DNA of 64,000 nucleotides. Origin: a virus (taxonomy: Duplodnaviria; Caudoviricetes). The position numbers and the translations under genes are program-made. The stretch spans positions 64,001 through 128,000 of the IMG/VR virus record IMGVR_UViG_2818991472_000001. One strand, 5' to 3'. Under the pieces are notes generated by a model. It was not told the origin of the DNA. It ran no database searches and saw nothing but the letters and a program-made list of their open reading frames with translations. Shown here one piece after another: positions 18,737 through 28,987 of the stretch. How positions within the stretch are numbered: the first letter of the stretch is position 1; each line of letters starts with the position of its first letter.

Positions 18737-19903
18737 TCAGCGCATGGTGAGGATGTTGTCCCGGGAGGACATGATGGCGGGCTGGTCGGTGTCGGCGTTC
18801 TGAACGAGCCAGGCCCGGCGGCCGTGCAGGGTGGTGGTGTCCCGCAGGATGGCCGGGAACGAGCCGCCGCCCTGGAGCGAGACGACGTTGACCAGGGTGC
18901 CGCTGGGGAAGTCGGAGACCACCGGGGAGCACTCGGTGGCCAGCCACTCCGCGCCGCCGTCGTCGGTGACCTTGACGCGGGTGGGCTCGCCGTCGCGGTA
19001 GACCATGCGGGCCACCCTGCGGACGGTGCCATCGGCAACAGCGACCCGGGCATCCCGGGGGTAGTCGAAGTGAGCCGGGGTGGGGGTGGTGGGGTAGACG
19101 GCGAGCCCGGCCGGGCCGGAGACGGCGGCGCGCACGTACTCGTTGCGGGTGACCAGGTTGGTCTCGATGCTGGCCCGCCACTCCCGGTACGGGTCGTTGG
19201 TGAAGGCGTCGACGATGGCGCTCAGCTTGGGGCCGGTGACGCGGACGACGCCGGGGCCGCCGCTCTCGACGGTGCAGCCGGTCAGCCCGGCGGCGTCGAG
19301 CAGGTCGAGGGCGGGGCCGATGGGCGAGTGGCTGCGGTGGCCGACGCGGTCGGCGATGGGGCCGCTGTTGGGGGCGTCGGGCGCGGGGGTGGTGTCGGTC
19401 ATCTTGGTCACGGTGCCGGAGAGTTCGCGGATCACGATCACGTCGCGGCCGTCGTCGCTCTTCTGGCGGGTGACGGCGGCGCCGCGCCACACGGCGGCCA
19501 CGATCCGGGCGCGGACCAGGGGCGGGGTGATGATGCGGCCGGGCTCGGGGATGCCGTTGGCGGTGACGCTGGTGTTGTACCGGTTGGGGTAGGTGCCGGT
19601 GGCGGGGTTGCAGGCCATGGCGTCCGCGATGGTGCGCACGTGGTCCCTACGGGCCTTGCTCGCCTGGGCGTCGTCGTCACCGGTGGGGGGCTCCTCGGCG
19701 TGGCGGACGGCTTCGGCGCGCCCGGCGGCGGTGAGCAGCACGCGGCGGTTGGTGCCGGTGCCGTGCTCGAAGGCCAGGTCACGGCGGATGAGGGCGTTGG
19801 CGGTGCCCTTGGGGGCGTGGACCTCGTGGCCGAAGGCGGTGAGGGCGTCGAGGAGGGCGGTGATCATGGTCGGGGTGAGCTTGGCGGGCTTGTCCGTGGC
19901 CAT
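18737..19903 (-). CDS. multi-module hypothetical protein, wHTH-like N-terminus
   Basis: GGAGA RBS; first gene after repeat promoter at 19947. Confidence 0.7.
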   Translation of the reverse strand: MATDKPAKLTPTMITALLDALTAFGHEVHAPKGTANALIRRDLAFEHGTGTNRRVLLTAAGRAEAVRHAEEPPTGDDDAQASKARRDHVRTIADAMACNPATGTYPNRYNTSVTANGIPEPGRIITPPLVRARIVAAVWRGAAVTRQKSDDGRDVIVIRELSGTVTKMTDTTPAPDAPNSGPIADRVGHRSHSPIGPALDLLDAAGLTGCTVESGGPGVVRVTGPKLSAIVDAFTNDPYREWRASIETNLVTRNEYVRAAVSGPAGLAVYPTTPTPAHFDYPRDARVAVADGTVRRVARMVYRDGEPTRVKVTDDGGAEWLATECSPVVSDFPSGTLVNVVSLQGGGSFPAILRDTTTLHGRRAWLVQNADTDQPAIMSSRDNILTMR

Positions 19904-19946
19904 GGTGGTCTCCAGTCCTTGGCAGGGTTGGGTGGTGACAGGAAGA

Positions 19947-19989
19947 AAGCTAGTGCACCACTTCGCGTATACGCAAGTGGTTTCACGAG
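19947..19989 (-). promoter_or_regulatory. repeated promoter/operator element, copy 5
   Basis: CTCGTGAAA...TTGCGT-N18-TAGCTT. Confidence 0.85.
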
Positions 19990-20035
19990 AGTGGGGCCGG
20001 GCGGCCCGGGGTGACGGGGCCGCCCGGCTGTCTAG

Positions 20036-20905
20036 TCAGTAGTCCAGGCCCCACGCGGTCATGCGCTCGGACCACTCGCCCAGCACGGTGTGCACGGCCG
20101 TCAGGTCGTCGTACGTGGCGGTGCCGTCGTCCACCAGGCCGAGCACGCTCATGCCCGCCATGTTGGCGTCGGCGATCTCCTCGCGGGTTTGCGCCCGGTG
20201 CTGGCGGAAGCCGGGCAGGTACTCGCCGTAGACGGTGAGAGCCACGTCGGCGACCGCGAACACCCACGACGTGTAGGTGCCCCACGGGCTGTGTTCGATG
20301 TCGTCCCGCATCATCTCGGCCATGATCGCGTCGTAGCCCGGGGTGCGGCCGGTCTCGGGGTGCTCGGGCAGGCGGGCCGCCGCCTTGTGCCACTGGGCGT
20401 AGCGGGCCATGGTGCGGAACGCGGCGGCGACGTCGTCGGTGGTCACCTCGGTGTCGGTGACGTCGTCGGTGTCGATCATGTCGAACACCATCGCGGCCGG
20501 GTAGGTGTCACGGTAGGCGTTGGCCACGACTGCCGGGGTGGCGTGCGCGGTGGTGTCGTCGAGCGCGGTCCCGGTCCGGGCGTAGTGCACGGCGCTCAGC
20601 GCGATGATCCAGTCGACGATGGTGTCGTGGTCCAGGTCGTTGGTGCGGATCTCGTCGATGAGCTCGCGGTAGCCCTCGGTGTTCCAGCCGACGCGGATGC
20701 CCTGGGGGGTGCGGTTGACGGTGGTCCCCAGGATCTCCCACCCGTCGGTTTCGATGCCGGGCCAGTCGGCGGCGGTGGGCTCGCTCGCGCCGCCGAAGTA
20801 CAGGTGGGTGTCGGTGGTCTCGCCGGGGCGGCCGATGACCAGTTCGACGTGCCAGCGGGCCTCGGACGGGGCGACCTGCGGGCGGGGGGAGGGCATGGCG
20901 GGCAT
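20036..20905 (-). CDS. acidic hypothetical protein
   Basis: GGAG RBS; sole gene between promoter copies 5 and 6. Confidence 0.7.
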   Translation of the reverse strand: MPAMPSPRPQVAPSEARWHVELVIGRPGETTDTHLYFGGASEPTAADWPGIETDGWEILGTTVNRTPQGIRVGWNTEGYRELIDEIRTNDLDHDTIVDWIIALSAVHYARTGTALDDTTAHATPAVVANAYRDTYPAAMVFDMIDTDDVTDTEVTTDDVAAAFRTMARYAQWHKAAARLPEHPETGRTPGYDAIMAEMMRDDIEHSPWGTYTSWVFAVADVALTVYGEYLPGFRQHRAQTREEIADANMAGMSVLGLVDDGTATYDDLTAVHTVLGEWSERMTAWGLDY

Positions 20906-20946
20906 GAGGGCTCCAGGGGCGTTCGGGTGCGGTGGTGACAGGAAGA

Positions 20947-20989
20947 AATCTAGTGCACTGTCATGAGTATGCGCAAGACAGTGCACAAG
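20947..20989 (-). promoter_or_regulatory. repeated promoter/operator element, copy 6
   Basis: CTTGTGCAC...TTGCGC-N18-TAGATT. Confidence 0.85.
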
Positions 20990-21041
20990 AATGGGTGCCG
21001 CCCCGTCGTCTCCCGGGGCGGCACCCTCTCTCTCCGCAGCG

Positions 21042-23879
21042 TCAGGCGGGGAGCACGGTCACCGTGATCTCGTCCTCCCGTTCGACCGCCCACCCAGCGG
21101 CCCGGAAGGCGGCCTCATGGGCCCCGGAGAGGGCGCGGGCGAGCTGCTCCCCCTCGCCGTCCGCCCAGACGTTGCACGGGGCGGTGACGCTCACCCGGTC
21201 GTGCAGCCTGGTCAGCTCGTCGGCCGGGGTGTTGTCCACGTTCACCGAGCCGTCGCGCAGGTGGGCGGGGAGCTGGGGGTAGACGCGGTGGCCGATGGTG
21301 CCAAGCTCGGTGTTCTCCCGGCTGAACCCGGCCCGCCACAGCACCTTGCGCGCCTCCACCACGGCCGGGGTGTCCGGGCGCAGGCCGTCCCGGGGATCGG
21401 TGAGGCTGCCGTCCGCCTCCACCGTGAGCCCGTAGCCGTAGCCGACCTGGGGCGCCAGGGTGCTGCTCTCCCGGGCGTTGAGGCCCTCGGCGCGCAGCGC
21501 GGCGACGGCCGCCCGGACCTTCTCCACCGGGGTGGCGTGGGAGAAGTTGACCAGGCAGTAGACGGCGGCGGTGGCGTGGTCGGGGATCGTGTACCGGGCC
21601 GGGTCGGAGCAGTGGCCGGGCATCCTGTCCGCCTTGACCAGGCCGAGGGTGGACAGGATGGAAGTCACCTTCCCTGCAAGGGAGTTGGGGCCGTCGCCGG
21701 GGATGATGTGCCAGACCATGTGGACGGTGCCGGTGCCCAGGGCGGCGGTGGCGGCGATCATGTCCGGCCTGCTGGCCACGGCGAGGAGCGAGCGGTTCCC
21801 GTAACGGGTCTTCAGCCACTGGTCGACCTGGGCGCCGGTGACGGTCAGCTCAGAGCGCTGCTTGCCGTCCAGGTAGGCGGTCTGGCGGTACATGGCGGCC
21901 GGGTCGGTCTTGACGGCCAGCCACTGGGCGCGGATGCGCTCGCTGTCGTCGGCCGCCGGGCGGCTCCACTCCCCCGTGCTGTTCTCGCCACGCTGCCAGC
22001 CGGTGCGGGTGAGGGCCTCGGCGTAGCGGGCGCGGCGCTCGGCCGGGTCGTGGTCGGTCTCCCAGCCCCTCGGGTGCTCGTGCAGGACCAGGAGGCCGGT
22101 GTAGGCGCCGCGCAGGTCGAAACTGGTCATGACGGTGAAGCCCTCGTGCTGCTCGCCCATGGGGGCGAAGCCCGCGCGGCTCAGCGCCTGGGCGGCGGCG
22201 TCGCGGTCGGCCTCGGCGCGGGCCTGCTGCTGGGGCAGGTCGCGCAGGGCGGCGAGCAGCTCGGCGGCGGTGGCCGCGTTGGCGGCCTGGCGGTGGGGAG
22301 CGGGGTGGCTGCGGTCGGTCAGCGCGTGCCAGCGCAGGCTGTCAGGGTTGCTGCTCTGTCGCCAACTCACCTCGTAGGAACGGCCGTTGGCGGTAGTGAA
22401 CAGCCACCAGTTCGACTCAGGGAACTTCGGGTTCATGGGGCGGATGGACTCGCCGTCGCCGACCAGGGGCATGGTGCGGACGATGCGCGGCACCTCGGGC
22501 AGAGCGCGGACGGCGGCGCGGTAGCAGACGTGGGGGAACTCGGCGCCCTCCTCGTGGGCGGTCCACCCGCCGGTGATCTCGTAGCCCTCCCGGCGGATGT
22601 GCTCGGCGACCTCGTTCAGCGTCACGGCCTCGGGGGTGGCGACGCCGTGACCGCCCACCTGCCAGTGGTTGCAGCGGCACACGCAGTCGAGGGCGATGGA
22701 GACGCCGACGAACGGGGACGCCTTGAACACGCGGACCTGCCGGGCGACGTGGTCGCAGGCGGGGGCGGCCGGACGGTGGGCGCGCGGCAGCGGGCGCGGC
22801 TGCACGGGGCCGGTGACGGCCTCACCCACGGTGGCGAAGGCGCCGAACGGCGGCTGCGGGACCACGGCGAAGGCGGGCTCAGGGTCGGCCACGGCCACGG
22901 GCGCGGGGGCAGCGTCGGGGGCCGAGGCGGGCTGCTCGAAGACGTCGACACCTTCGGTGACGCGGACGGCGGCCAGCGGCGCGCGGTCGAGGAGCTTGGC
23001 CACCTCGTCCAGGGCGGCCTGGCCGCGCTCGGCGGAGGCCCGGTAGGCGTCGCCGTCGCTCCGGCCGCAGGTCCAGGCGACCCGGACGCGGTTGCTGCCG
23101 CGCAGGCGGCGCAGGTACAGGCCGTCGGTGTCGAAGCCGCCGAGCTTGTCGGACTGGGCGAGCGTCAGGCTGGCCCGCTTCAGCGCGGCGCGGACGGCGG
23201 GGACGCTGAGCGCCGGGGCGGCGGGCGCGGTCTCGGGGGCGGGGGCGACGTCGGGCAGGTTCTGGGCGAGGGCCTCGGCGCGGTGGTAGACGGCGAGGTA
23301 CCCGTTCGGCAGGACGTGGACGACGTGCAGGCCCCTGGCGCGCAGGGCCTCGGCCATCGGCTCCAGGTCGATCCCGTAGCCGTGGACGGTGACGCAGCGG
23401 CGCTTGGTGTCGCTGGAGGCGGAGAAGCCGTGGCGCTTGGTGTCGCTGTAGCGGGGGAACTCGGCGGTGTCGAGCATGGCGGAGATGCTGGCGCCGGTGA
23501 TGCCGAACGAGCGGGCCTTGCGGCGGGCGGCCTTGGTGGCGCGCTCGACGCAGCGGGAGTCGGTGCAGGGCTGACCCTTGCGCAGGGCGTGGTGGTCGAG
23601 GTGGCCGTTGATCTTGCCCGCGTTCTTGACGGAGAGGGGGCAGGCGTCGAGGGCGGTCTGGTCGTAGAGCCAGGGGCGGTCGTACGGGTCGCGGGCCTTC
23701 AGCGGGGCGGCGTCGACGTCGTCGATCAGCGTCTTGGCCCAGGTGATGGCCTCCTTGGGCGTCATGGTGCGGTTGGGGGCGGGCACGAGGTGGTCGTTGA
23801 TCTTGATGATCGTCGGGTTGTACTGGTTGCCCTGGGGACGGGTGGCCTCGATGGTGCGGCCCTTGTGGGTGGTCTTCAC
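21042..23879 (-). CDS. large (~945 aa) multi-module hypothetical protein
   Basis: GTG (VKTTHKG) after GGGAGA, just downstream of repeat promoter; several copies of the repeated module. Confidence 0.75.
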   Translation of the reverse strand: MKTTHKGRTIEATRPQGNQYNPTIIKINDHLVPAPNRTMTPKEAITWAKTLIDDVDAAPLKARDPYDRPWLYDQTALDACPLSVKNAGKINGHLDHHALRKGQPCTDSRCVERATKAARRKARSFGITGASISAMLDTAEFPRYSDTKRHGFSASSDTKRRCVTVHGYGIDLEPMAEALRARGLHVVHVLPNGYLAVYHRAEALAQNLPDVAPAPETAPAAPALSVPAVRAALKRASLTLAQSDKLGGFDTDGLYLRRLRGSNRVRVAWTCGRSDGDAYRASAERGQAALDEVAKLLDRAPLAAVRVTEGVDVFEQPASAPDAAPAPVAVADPEPAFAVVPQPPFGAFATVGEAVTGPVQPRPLPRAHRPAAPACDHVARQVRVFKASPFVGVSIALDCVCRCNHWQVGGHGVATPEAVTLNEVAEHIRREGYEITGGWTAHEEGAEFPHVCYRAAVRALPEVPRIVRTMPLVGDGESIRPMNPKFPESNWWLFTTANGRSYEVSWRQSSNPDSLRWHALTDRSHPAPHRQAANAATAAELLAALRDLPQQQARAEADRDAAAQALSRAGFAPMGEQHEGFTVMTSFDLRGAYTGLLVLHEHPRGWETDHDPAERRARYAEALTRTGWQRGENSTGEWSRPAADDSERIRAQWLAVKTDPAAMYRQTAYLDGKQRSELTVTGAQVDQWLKTRYGNRSLLAVASRPDMIAATAALGTGTVHMVWHIIPGDGPNSLAGKVTSILSTLGLVKADRMPGHCSDPARYTIPDHATAAVYCLVNFSHATPVEKVRAAVAALRAEGLNARESSTLAPQVGYGYGLTVEADGSLTDPRDGLRPDTPAVVEARKVLWRAGFSRENTELGTIGHRVYPQLPAHLRDGSVNVDNTPADELTRLHDRVSVTAPCNVWADGEGEQLARALSGAHEAAFRAAGWAVEREDEITVTVLPA

Positions 23880-23925
23880 GGCAGGTCTCCCGGTTGCTCG
23901 GGGGCGGTCTTCCTTGGCACCGCTG

Positions 23926-23968
23926 AATCTAGTGCAACATAATGAGTATGCGCAAGATGGTTCACTAG
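23926..23968 (-). promoter_or_regulatory. repeated promoter/operator element, copy 7
   Basis: CTAGTGAAC...TTGCGC-N18-TAGATT. Confidence 0.85.
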
Positions 23969-24043
23969 ATTCGTTCTGGAGACGCCTCGGCGGCCGGGCC
24001 CGGTAAAGGGGCTCCGGCCGCCGAGGGCAGGAAGAACCGCAGG

Positions 24044-26722
24044 TCAGGAGGTCTCCTCCACGGCCTCCACCGCGCCCCGGTTCTGGGTGAACGAGACGAT
24101 CCGCACCAGGCCGACCGCCTCCAGGTACTCGACGTCGGCCGCGTGGACGCTCGCGGGCTCGTAGGCCCGGCGCTTGCCGCCCTTGCCCGGCTTGTCGACC
24201 CAGTGGACGGCCCGGCGGTTGGCCCGGATCGTCTCCAGCAGGGTCTCCTGTGCCTTGGTCAGGTGCTGGGGCAGCTCGGCAGCCAGGTCGGCCGCCAGCG
24301 CGGCGACCTCGTCGGGGGTGGCGACCCAGACCCGGCGAGCGGCGTTCGGGGCGATGTCGCCCCGGGACAGCGTGGGGCGGCCAGTGACGCCGTCGACCCA
24401 CACCCGCCGGGGCAGCTCCGCCAGCGGGTTCGTGAACCGGTCCCGCTCGACCTTGCCGTACTCGTCCGTGTCGACCCAGGTGAGCAGCTTGGCCGCCGCC
24501 GCGTCCCGCACGTGCAGGTACGCGCCGTACTTGCTGGTGTTCAGGGCGATGGCGACCGCCGTCGCGACGTTGATCAGCGGCCGGAGCCCGGTGCCCTCGT
24601 CGACCTTGCTGCCGGTCACCGCCGCCACCACGGCGGACAGCTCGACATCCTCGGGCTTGTAGCGGTGCACGACCTGGTCGGCGGTCAGGTCGCCCCCGGC
24701 GACCAGCTCGGCGAGGTAGCGCAGGCCGTTCGGCTTGTCGTGGCCGGGCACCTCCAGGGCGTCCAGCCACACCTCGAACTGCGCGCGGATACGGGTGATG
24801 CCCAGGCCCAGCATCACGCGCTGTTCCTCGGTCTGCGCGTCCAGCACGGCCCGGGTGAGCTGGCGCAGCCGGTCGCCGCAGGCGACGGCCTTGGCCTCCC
24901 AGTCCGTTTCGAACGGGCGCTGCTCGGGGCGGGGCGGGTCGAAGCTCTCCGGGGCGGGCGGCATGGCGCGGCCGTCCGGGGCAGCCATGATCACCACGTG
25001 CTCGGCGCCGCCGCCGCGCAGCTCCTCGGCGCGCACCTGGGCGTCGTCCCACACGTAGTCGTCGGCGCCGGTGTGGCGCTCGCCGCCGCTGGTCCAGGCG
25101 AGCACGTAGCGCTTACCGGCGGGCAGCGCCGAGGCCGGGGCCGTCGCCCACACCACGGCACTGCTGGCGACGACGTCCCGCCAGCCGTAGCCGCGCAGGG
25201 CCTGGGCGTAGGCGTTCAGCTTGTGGTCAACGCTGTTCGGCTCCTCGCCCGGCTGGGCGCCCATGACCCGGGTGCCGTCGAGGAACTCAAAGACGCGGAC
25301 GTCGTACTCGCTGCCCTCGACGTAGAAGCCGCTGGCGGCGGGGTTGCCGGTGCGGATGTCGTCGCCCACCACGCGCACCGCGCGCTGACCGTCGTCCGTG
25401 AGCACGTGGACGGCGGCGCGCACAGTGGCCAGGCGGTCGAAGCGCGGGGAGGTGCCCTCGGTGATGTTGGTGTCGGTGGGCGGGGTCACCCACAGCAGCT
25501 GCGACGAGGCCATCTCGTCGAAGGTCCACCCGGCGGCGGCCAGGGCCTGGCCGTACTCCCTGAGCTTGGTCAGGGCCTTGCGGTCCTTGGTGTCCCGGAC
25601 CCAGGTCAGCTCACCGGCGGCGTAGTCGTAGACGGCGATCCGGTCGTCGCGGCGCTGGACGACGAACCCGGAGGTCTGCTCGAAGTCCTCGGGGTCATCC
25701 GTGACGGGGGCGGGGTGGTGCCCAGCGGCGGCCAGCACGCGGACGGCGGCCTGCACCACGGCGTCGTCGGCCTGGTCCGGGTAGCAGCCGTGGGCGGTGC
25801 CGCCGTGGACGACGACCGTCCCTTCGATGGGCTCGGCCACGCGGACGGCCAGGACGGTGGCGGGCTGCTGGGGCACGGCGGTGTTCTCCTCGGTGGTGTC
25901 GGGCTTGGTGGTGGCGCTGGCGATCCAGAACTTCTTGCTGGGGTGGTGGAGAGTGTCGGACATGTGCTCGGTGTAGGTGGCCAGGCCCTTCTCCACCAGG
26001 GACTGGACGGTGCGCAGGCTGATGCCGTAGCCCGCGTGAAGCTCGCCCTCCTGGAGGCGCTTCCACGCGTCGGCCTGGGCCGGGGTGAGCGTGATGCCGT
26101 CGGGGGTGGTGAACGTCTCCGGCTTGGCCTTGACGGGCTCGGGACGGGTGCTCGTGCCGGTGACCTTGATGATGTGCTGGTCGGTGCGGTCGTAGACCTC
26201 GGCCGTCCAGCCGTCGGCCCGCAGGGCCTGCACGAACTCGCCGATGTCGTCCTGCAGGGCCTCGCTGACGCCGACGTCGACGCTGTCCAGGCGCTCGAAC
26301 GCGAAGTACGCCTTCGGGCCCTTCCCGGCGGCCTCCAGGGTCTGAACGACCCGGGCGACGACGGGGGCGCCCTCCACGCGGGGGCGCGGCTCGGCGAGCG
26401 CGGTGACCTCCAGCGCCCCTTCGCGCGGGGACTTCTCGTTGTGCTCGACGTCGAAGAAGTCGGAGAGGTACGCGGCGTAGTCGGCCGCGAACTCCCGTGC
26501 GATCCGCTCGCTGCTGCCCAGCCCGACCTTGTCCAGGTGAGGGCCCCAGTAGAGGGAGACGTAGGAGCGGGCCCCCGCGCCACCGCTGCTCAGGCGGGCG
26601 CCGGGCTTGACGGAGGGGTGGGTGTAGCTGGACTCCACCTTCACGGAGACCTGGAACCCGGCCCGCTTCAGGCGGGTCTGGACGAGGGCGACGGTGATCG
26701 TGGGCTTCGTGGTCTCGGGCAT
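24044..26722 (-). CDS. large (~892 aa) multi-module hypothetical protein
   Basis: MPETTKP after GGAGAG; repeated modules and two wHTH-like segments. Confidence 0.75.
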   Translation of the reverse strand: MPETTKPTITVALVQTRLKRAGFQVSVKVESSYTHPSVKPGARLSSGGAGARSYVSLYWGPHLDKVGLGSSERIAREFAADYAAYLSDFFDVEHNEKSPREGALEVTALAEPRPRVEGAPVVARVVQTLEAAGKGPKAYFAFERLDSVDVGVSEALQDDIGEFVQALRADGWTAEVYDRTDQHIIKVTGTSTRPEPVKAKPETFTTPDGITLTPAQADAWKRLQEGELHAGYGISLRTVQSLVEKGLATYTEHMSDTLHHPSKKFWIASATTKPDTTEENTAVPQQPATVLAVRVAEPIEGTVVVHGGTAHGCYPDQADDAVVQAAVRVLAAAGHHPAPVTDDPEDFEQTSGFVVQRRDDRIAVYDYAAGELTWVRDTKDRKALTKLREYGQALAAAGWTFDEMASSQLLWVTPPTDTNITEGTSPRFDRLATVRAAVHVLTDDGQRAVRVVGDDIRTGNPAASGFYVEGSEYDVRVFEFLDGTRVMGAQPGEEPNSVDHKLNAYAQALRGYGWRDVVASSAVVWATAPASALPAGKRYVLAWTSGGERHTGADDYVWDDAQVRAEELRGGGAEHVVIMAAPDGRAMPPAPESFDPPRPEQRPFETDWEAKAVACGDRLRQLTRAVLDAQTEEQRVMLGLGITRIRAQFEVWLDALEVPGHDKPNGLRYLAELVAGGDLTADQVVHRYKPEDVELSAVVAAVTGSKVDEGTGLRPLINVATAVAIALNTSKYGAYLHVRDAAAAKLLTWVDTDEYGKVERDRFTNPLAELPRRVWVDGVTGRPTLSRGDIAPNAARRVWVATPDEVAALAADLAAELPQHLTKAQETLLETIRANRRAVHWVDKPGKGGKRRAYEPASVHAADVEYLEAVGLVRIVSFTQNRGAVEAVEETS

Positions 26723-26762
26723 CAGGGGCTCTCCGGTGGTAGCGCAGGTGGCGACACCGGTG

Positions 26763-26805
26763 AATCTAGTGCACACCAATGCCCATACGCAAGTTGTTTC
26801 ATTAA
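26763..26805 (-). promoter_or_regulatory. repeated promoter/operator element, copy 8
   Basis: TTAATGAAA...TTGCGT-N18-TAGATT. Confidence 0.8.
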
Positions 26806-27115
26806 AGTTGTCATGACCTGGGCAGCTCCTGCCTTGTCACACCGGTCACGCTAGGACCCTGAGCCGACATCCCCGAGCGACGCTCCCAGTCCCCCACCGC
26901 CTCCGCCGCCGACCCGGTCCGGACCGCCGCAGCGGTACGGCGGGCCAGCCGCGCCAGCGCCCGGCGGCCGGTCACCGGGGTCTGCGGCAGCGGCTGGCCG
27001 GGCCAGCGCAGCCGGTGGGCCCGGTTCAGGTGCTCGACGCCGGGTCCGCACTCCCCCTCCCGCTCGCACCGCACCTCCGGCCGGTCCGGATGGGCCTGGC
27101 CGCACTCCCCGGCGC

Positions 27116-27556
27116 TCACGCGGAACCGGCCGGGGCGAGCGCGGCCAGGTGGACGGCGAGCAGCTCGGCGTACTCCTCGTCGTGGCGCGCGGCCAGCTCG
27201 GCCCAGGCGCCGTGCTGGGCCTTGGCCATGAGAGCCGCCTGCCGCTGCTCGTCCTCGGCCTGCATCCGGGCGGCGTGGGCCTCCCGCGACTCCCAGACGG
27301 GGCGGTTCTGGCCCCGGCGGAACGCGCTGGTCCTGACGGCGAGCCCGTTGACGGTCATGGCGGCGAGGAGGTTCTTCAGGGTGTAGTGGGAGACGGCCTT
27401 CTGTATCTGGTCCGACGTCACCAAGTCGCCCGGGTCGACGCCCTGGAGCAATGCGACCCGGTAGGCGATCTCGGTCATGGACAGCGGCCCGGCGTCGGGC
27501 GCCGTCAGGACGGCCTCGACCTCGGCCTGAGTGGGCTTGATGATCATGCGGAGCAT
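27116..27556 (-). CDS. hypothetical protein, possible wHTH
   Basis: TGATG coupling; PLSMTEIA...L..M..NGL pattern. Confidence 0.55.
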   Translation of the reverse strand: MLRMIIKPTQAEVEAVLTAPDAGPLSMTEIAYRVALLQGVDPGDLVTSDQIQKAVSHYTLKNLLAAMTVNGLAVRTSAFRRGQNRPVWESREAHAARMQAEDEQRQAALMAKAQHGAWAELAARHDEEYAELLAVHLAALAPAGSA

Positions 27557-28140
27557 CAGTTCTCCTCGTTCCAGGCCCGGCCGCGCGGGCCCTCCTCGTG
27601 AGGGTCGTCGGGGTAGGGGTAGAAGGGCTCCTGCTCGGCGTCGAAGCCGTGCAGGTGGGCGTGGTCGGCACGCATGATGTAGACGTCGGTGCCGCCGTCC
27701 TCGCCGGGGTGGTTGAAGCGGTAGTCCCAGCACGTCGAACCCTCGAAGTGGCTGCGGGAGGCCAGCGGGGCGCAGGCGAAGTCCTCGGCCCAGTCGCGGG
27801 CGGCCTTGCGGCTGGCGGCCACGTGCAGGATGCCCTGGTCCATGTCGCCGACCACCCAGGGCATCTCCCTGGTGCGGGTGCAGAGCAAGTGGCGGACGGT
27901 GTCGAGGTCGCCGTAGAAGCGGTTCTCGGCCTTGGGGTTCTTCAGGTCCTCGACGCGCCACTGCTCGATCGTGATGGTCAGGCCGCCGCGCGGGCGGTGG
28001 GCGTACATGGGAGTGATCTCGTACCGGCCGTCGCTGGTGCGGTAGTAGGTGAAGCCGAGGCTGTCCTTGCGCCGCTTGAGGGCCCGGGGCTTGATCCGGG
28101 GCGGGAGCTTGCGGGGGGTCTCGATGGTCTCGGTGCTCAC
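27556..28140 (-). CDS. hypothetical protein
   Basis: AAGGAGA RBS, GTGA coupling. Confidence 0.65.
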   Translation of the reverse strand: MSTETIETPRKLPPRIKPRALKRRKDSLGFTYYRTSDGRYEITPMYAHRPRGGLTITIEQWRVEDLKNPKAENRFYGDLDTVRHLLCTRTREMPWVVGDMDQGILHVAASRKAARDWAEDFACAPLASRSHFEGSTCWDYRFNHPGEDGGTDVYIMRADHAHLHGFDAEQEPFYPYPDDPHEEGPRGRAWNEEN

Positions 28141-28415
28141 CGGGAGGTCTCCTTCTCGTTCGGCTCGGCGCAGTCCTCGCACTGCTCGCCCTCGGGGTAG
28201 CCGGGGTGCTGGTGGCACTGGGGCTCGACGCGGACCTGCTCGCCCTCGGCGCGGTAGTACTCGGCGATGCCCTCGGCGGCATCCGCGCTGGGGAAGCCGC
28301 CTTCGATGAGGCGGCCGTCGTCGGCGTCGTCGAAGACGCCGTAGGTCGGTCTGGTGGCGTCCGCCGTCTGAAGGTCGCGGACGGCTCGGTGCAGGCGGTC
28401 GTCGATGTCGTTCAC
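28137..28415 (-). CDS. small acidic protein with C-terminal Cys/His cluster
   Basis: GTGA coupling; CHQH...CEDC. Confidence 0.6.
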   Translation of the reverse strand: MNDIDDRLHRAVRDLQTADATRPTYGVFDDADDGRLIEGGFPSADAAEGIAEYYRAEGEQVRVEPQCHQHPGYPEGEQCEDCAEPNEKETSR

Positions 28416-28987
28416 GGTCTGTCCTTGTTCGTCAACTCGCCCATGGTGGCGATGAGTTGCTGGATGGAGTCGTTGAGTTCGAGCATCGCGAGGGTCTGGG
28501 CCTCGCAGCGGAGCCCGTCCGCCACGGGGTTGGTCTCGTCGAAGCGGGCCGGTATCGCGGCGGCCTCCCGGAGCAGCTCGCGGGCCCTGTCCGCGCCGCT
28601 GCGCACCTGGTCGGGCTCCGGCCTGCTCGGCGTTCCGGTGCGGGAGCGCCACTGGGGGTCGGTCTCCTGGGCCAGCCACAGCCCACGCACCGGGGCGAAG
28701 GCGTCGGTCGTGGTGAACTCCCTGAGCCTGTCGAGCAGTTGGTTCGGCGTGGGGGCCGTCCAGCGGCCGGGCTCGCCGCTGTGGCGGGTCATCCAGGCGG
28801 CCAGTCCGGGGATGGTGAAGTGCTGGGTGCTGATCTCCGCCGCCCACGCCTGCTCGGGGTGGTGGGCGGGCGGGTGGACGGAGAAGACCACGTCGGCAAC
28901 GACGGCGTAGAGGACCTGGAACCGGGCGTCGGGCAGGCTGCTCTGGCCGGTGATCGGGTGCTGCTGCAGCAGGACCGGGGTACTCAT
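28412..28987 (-). CDS. hypothetical protein
   Basis: ATGA coupling with upstream gene. Confidence 0.6.
   Translation of the reverse strand: MSTPVLLQQHPITGQSSLPDARFQVLYAVVADVVFSVHPPAHHPEQAWAAEISTQHFTIPGLAAWMTRHSGEPGRWTAPTPNQLLDRLREFTTTDAFAPVRGLWLAQETDPQWRSRTGTPSRPEPDQVRSGADRARELLREAAAIPARFDETNPVADGLRCEAQTLAMLELNDSIQQLIATMGELTNKDRP

Noticed and set aside
20991-26854. Long plus-strand ORFs (983 aa, 903 aa) and similar ones at 7905, 15776, 37723, 41602 and 60947
   Set aside because: Antisense shadows of GC3-rich minus-strand genes; G/V/A/R-rich translations without motifs.
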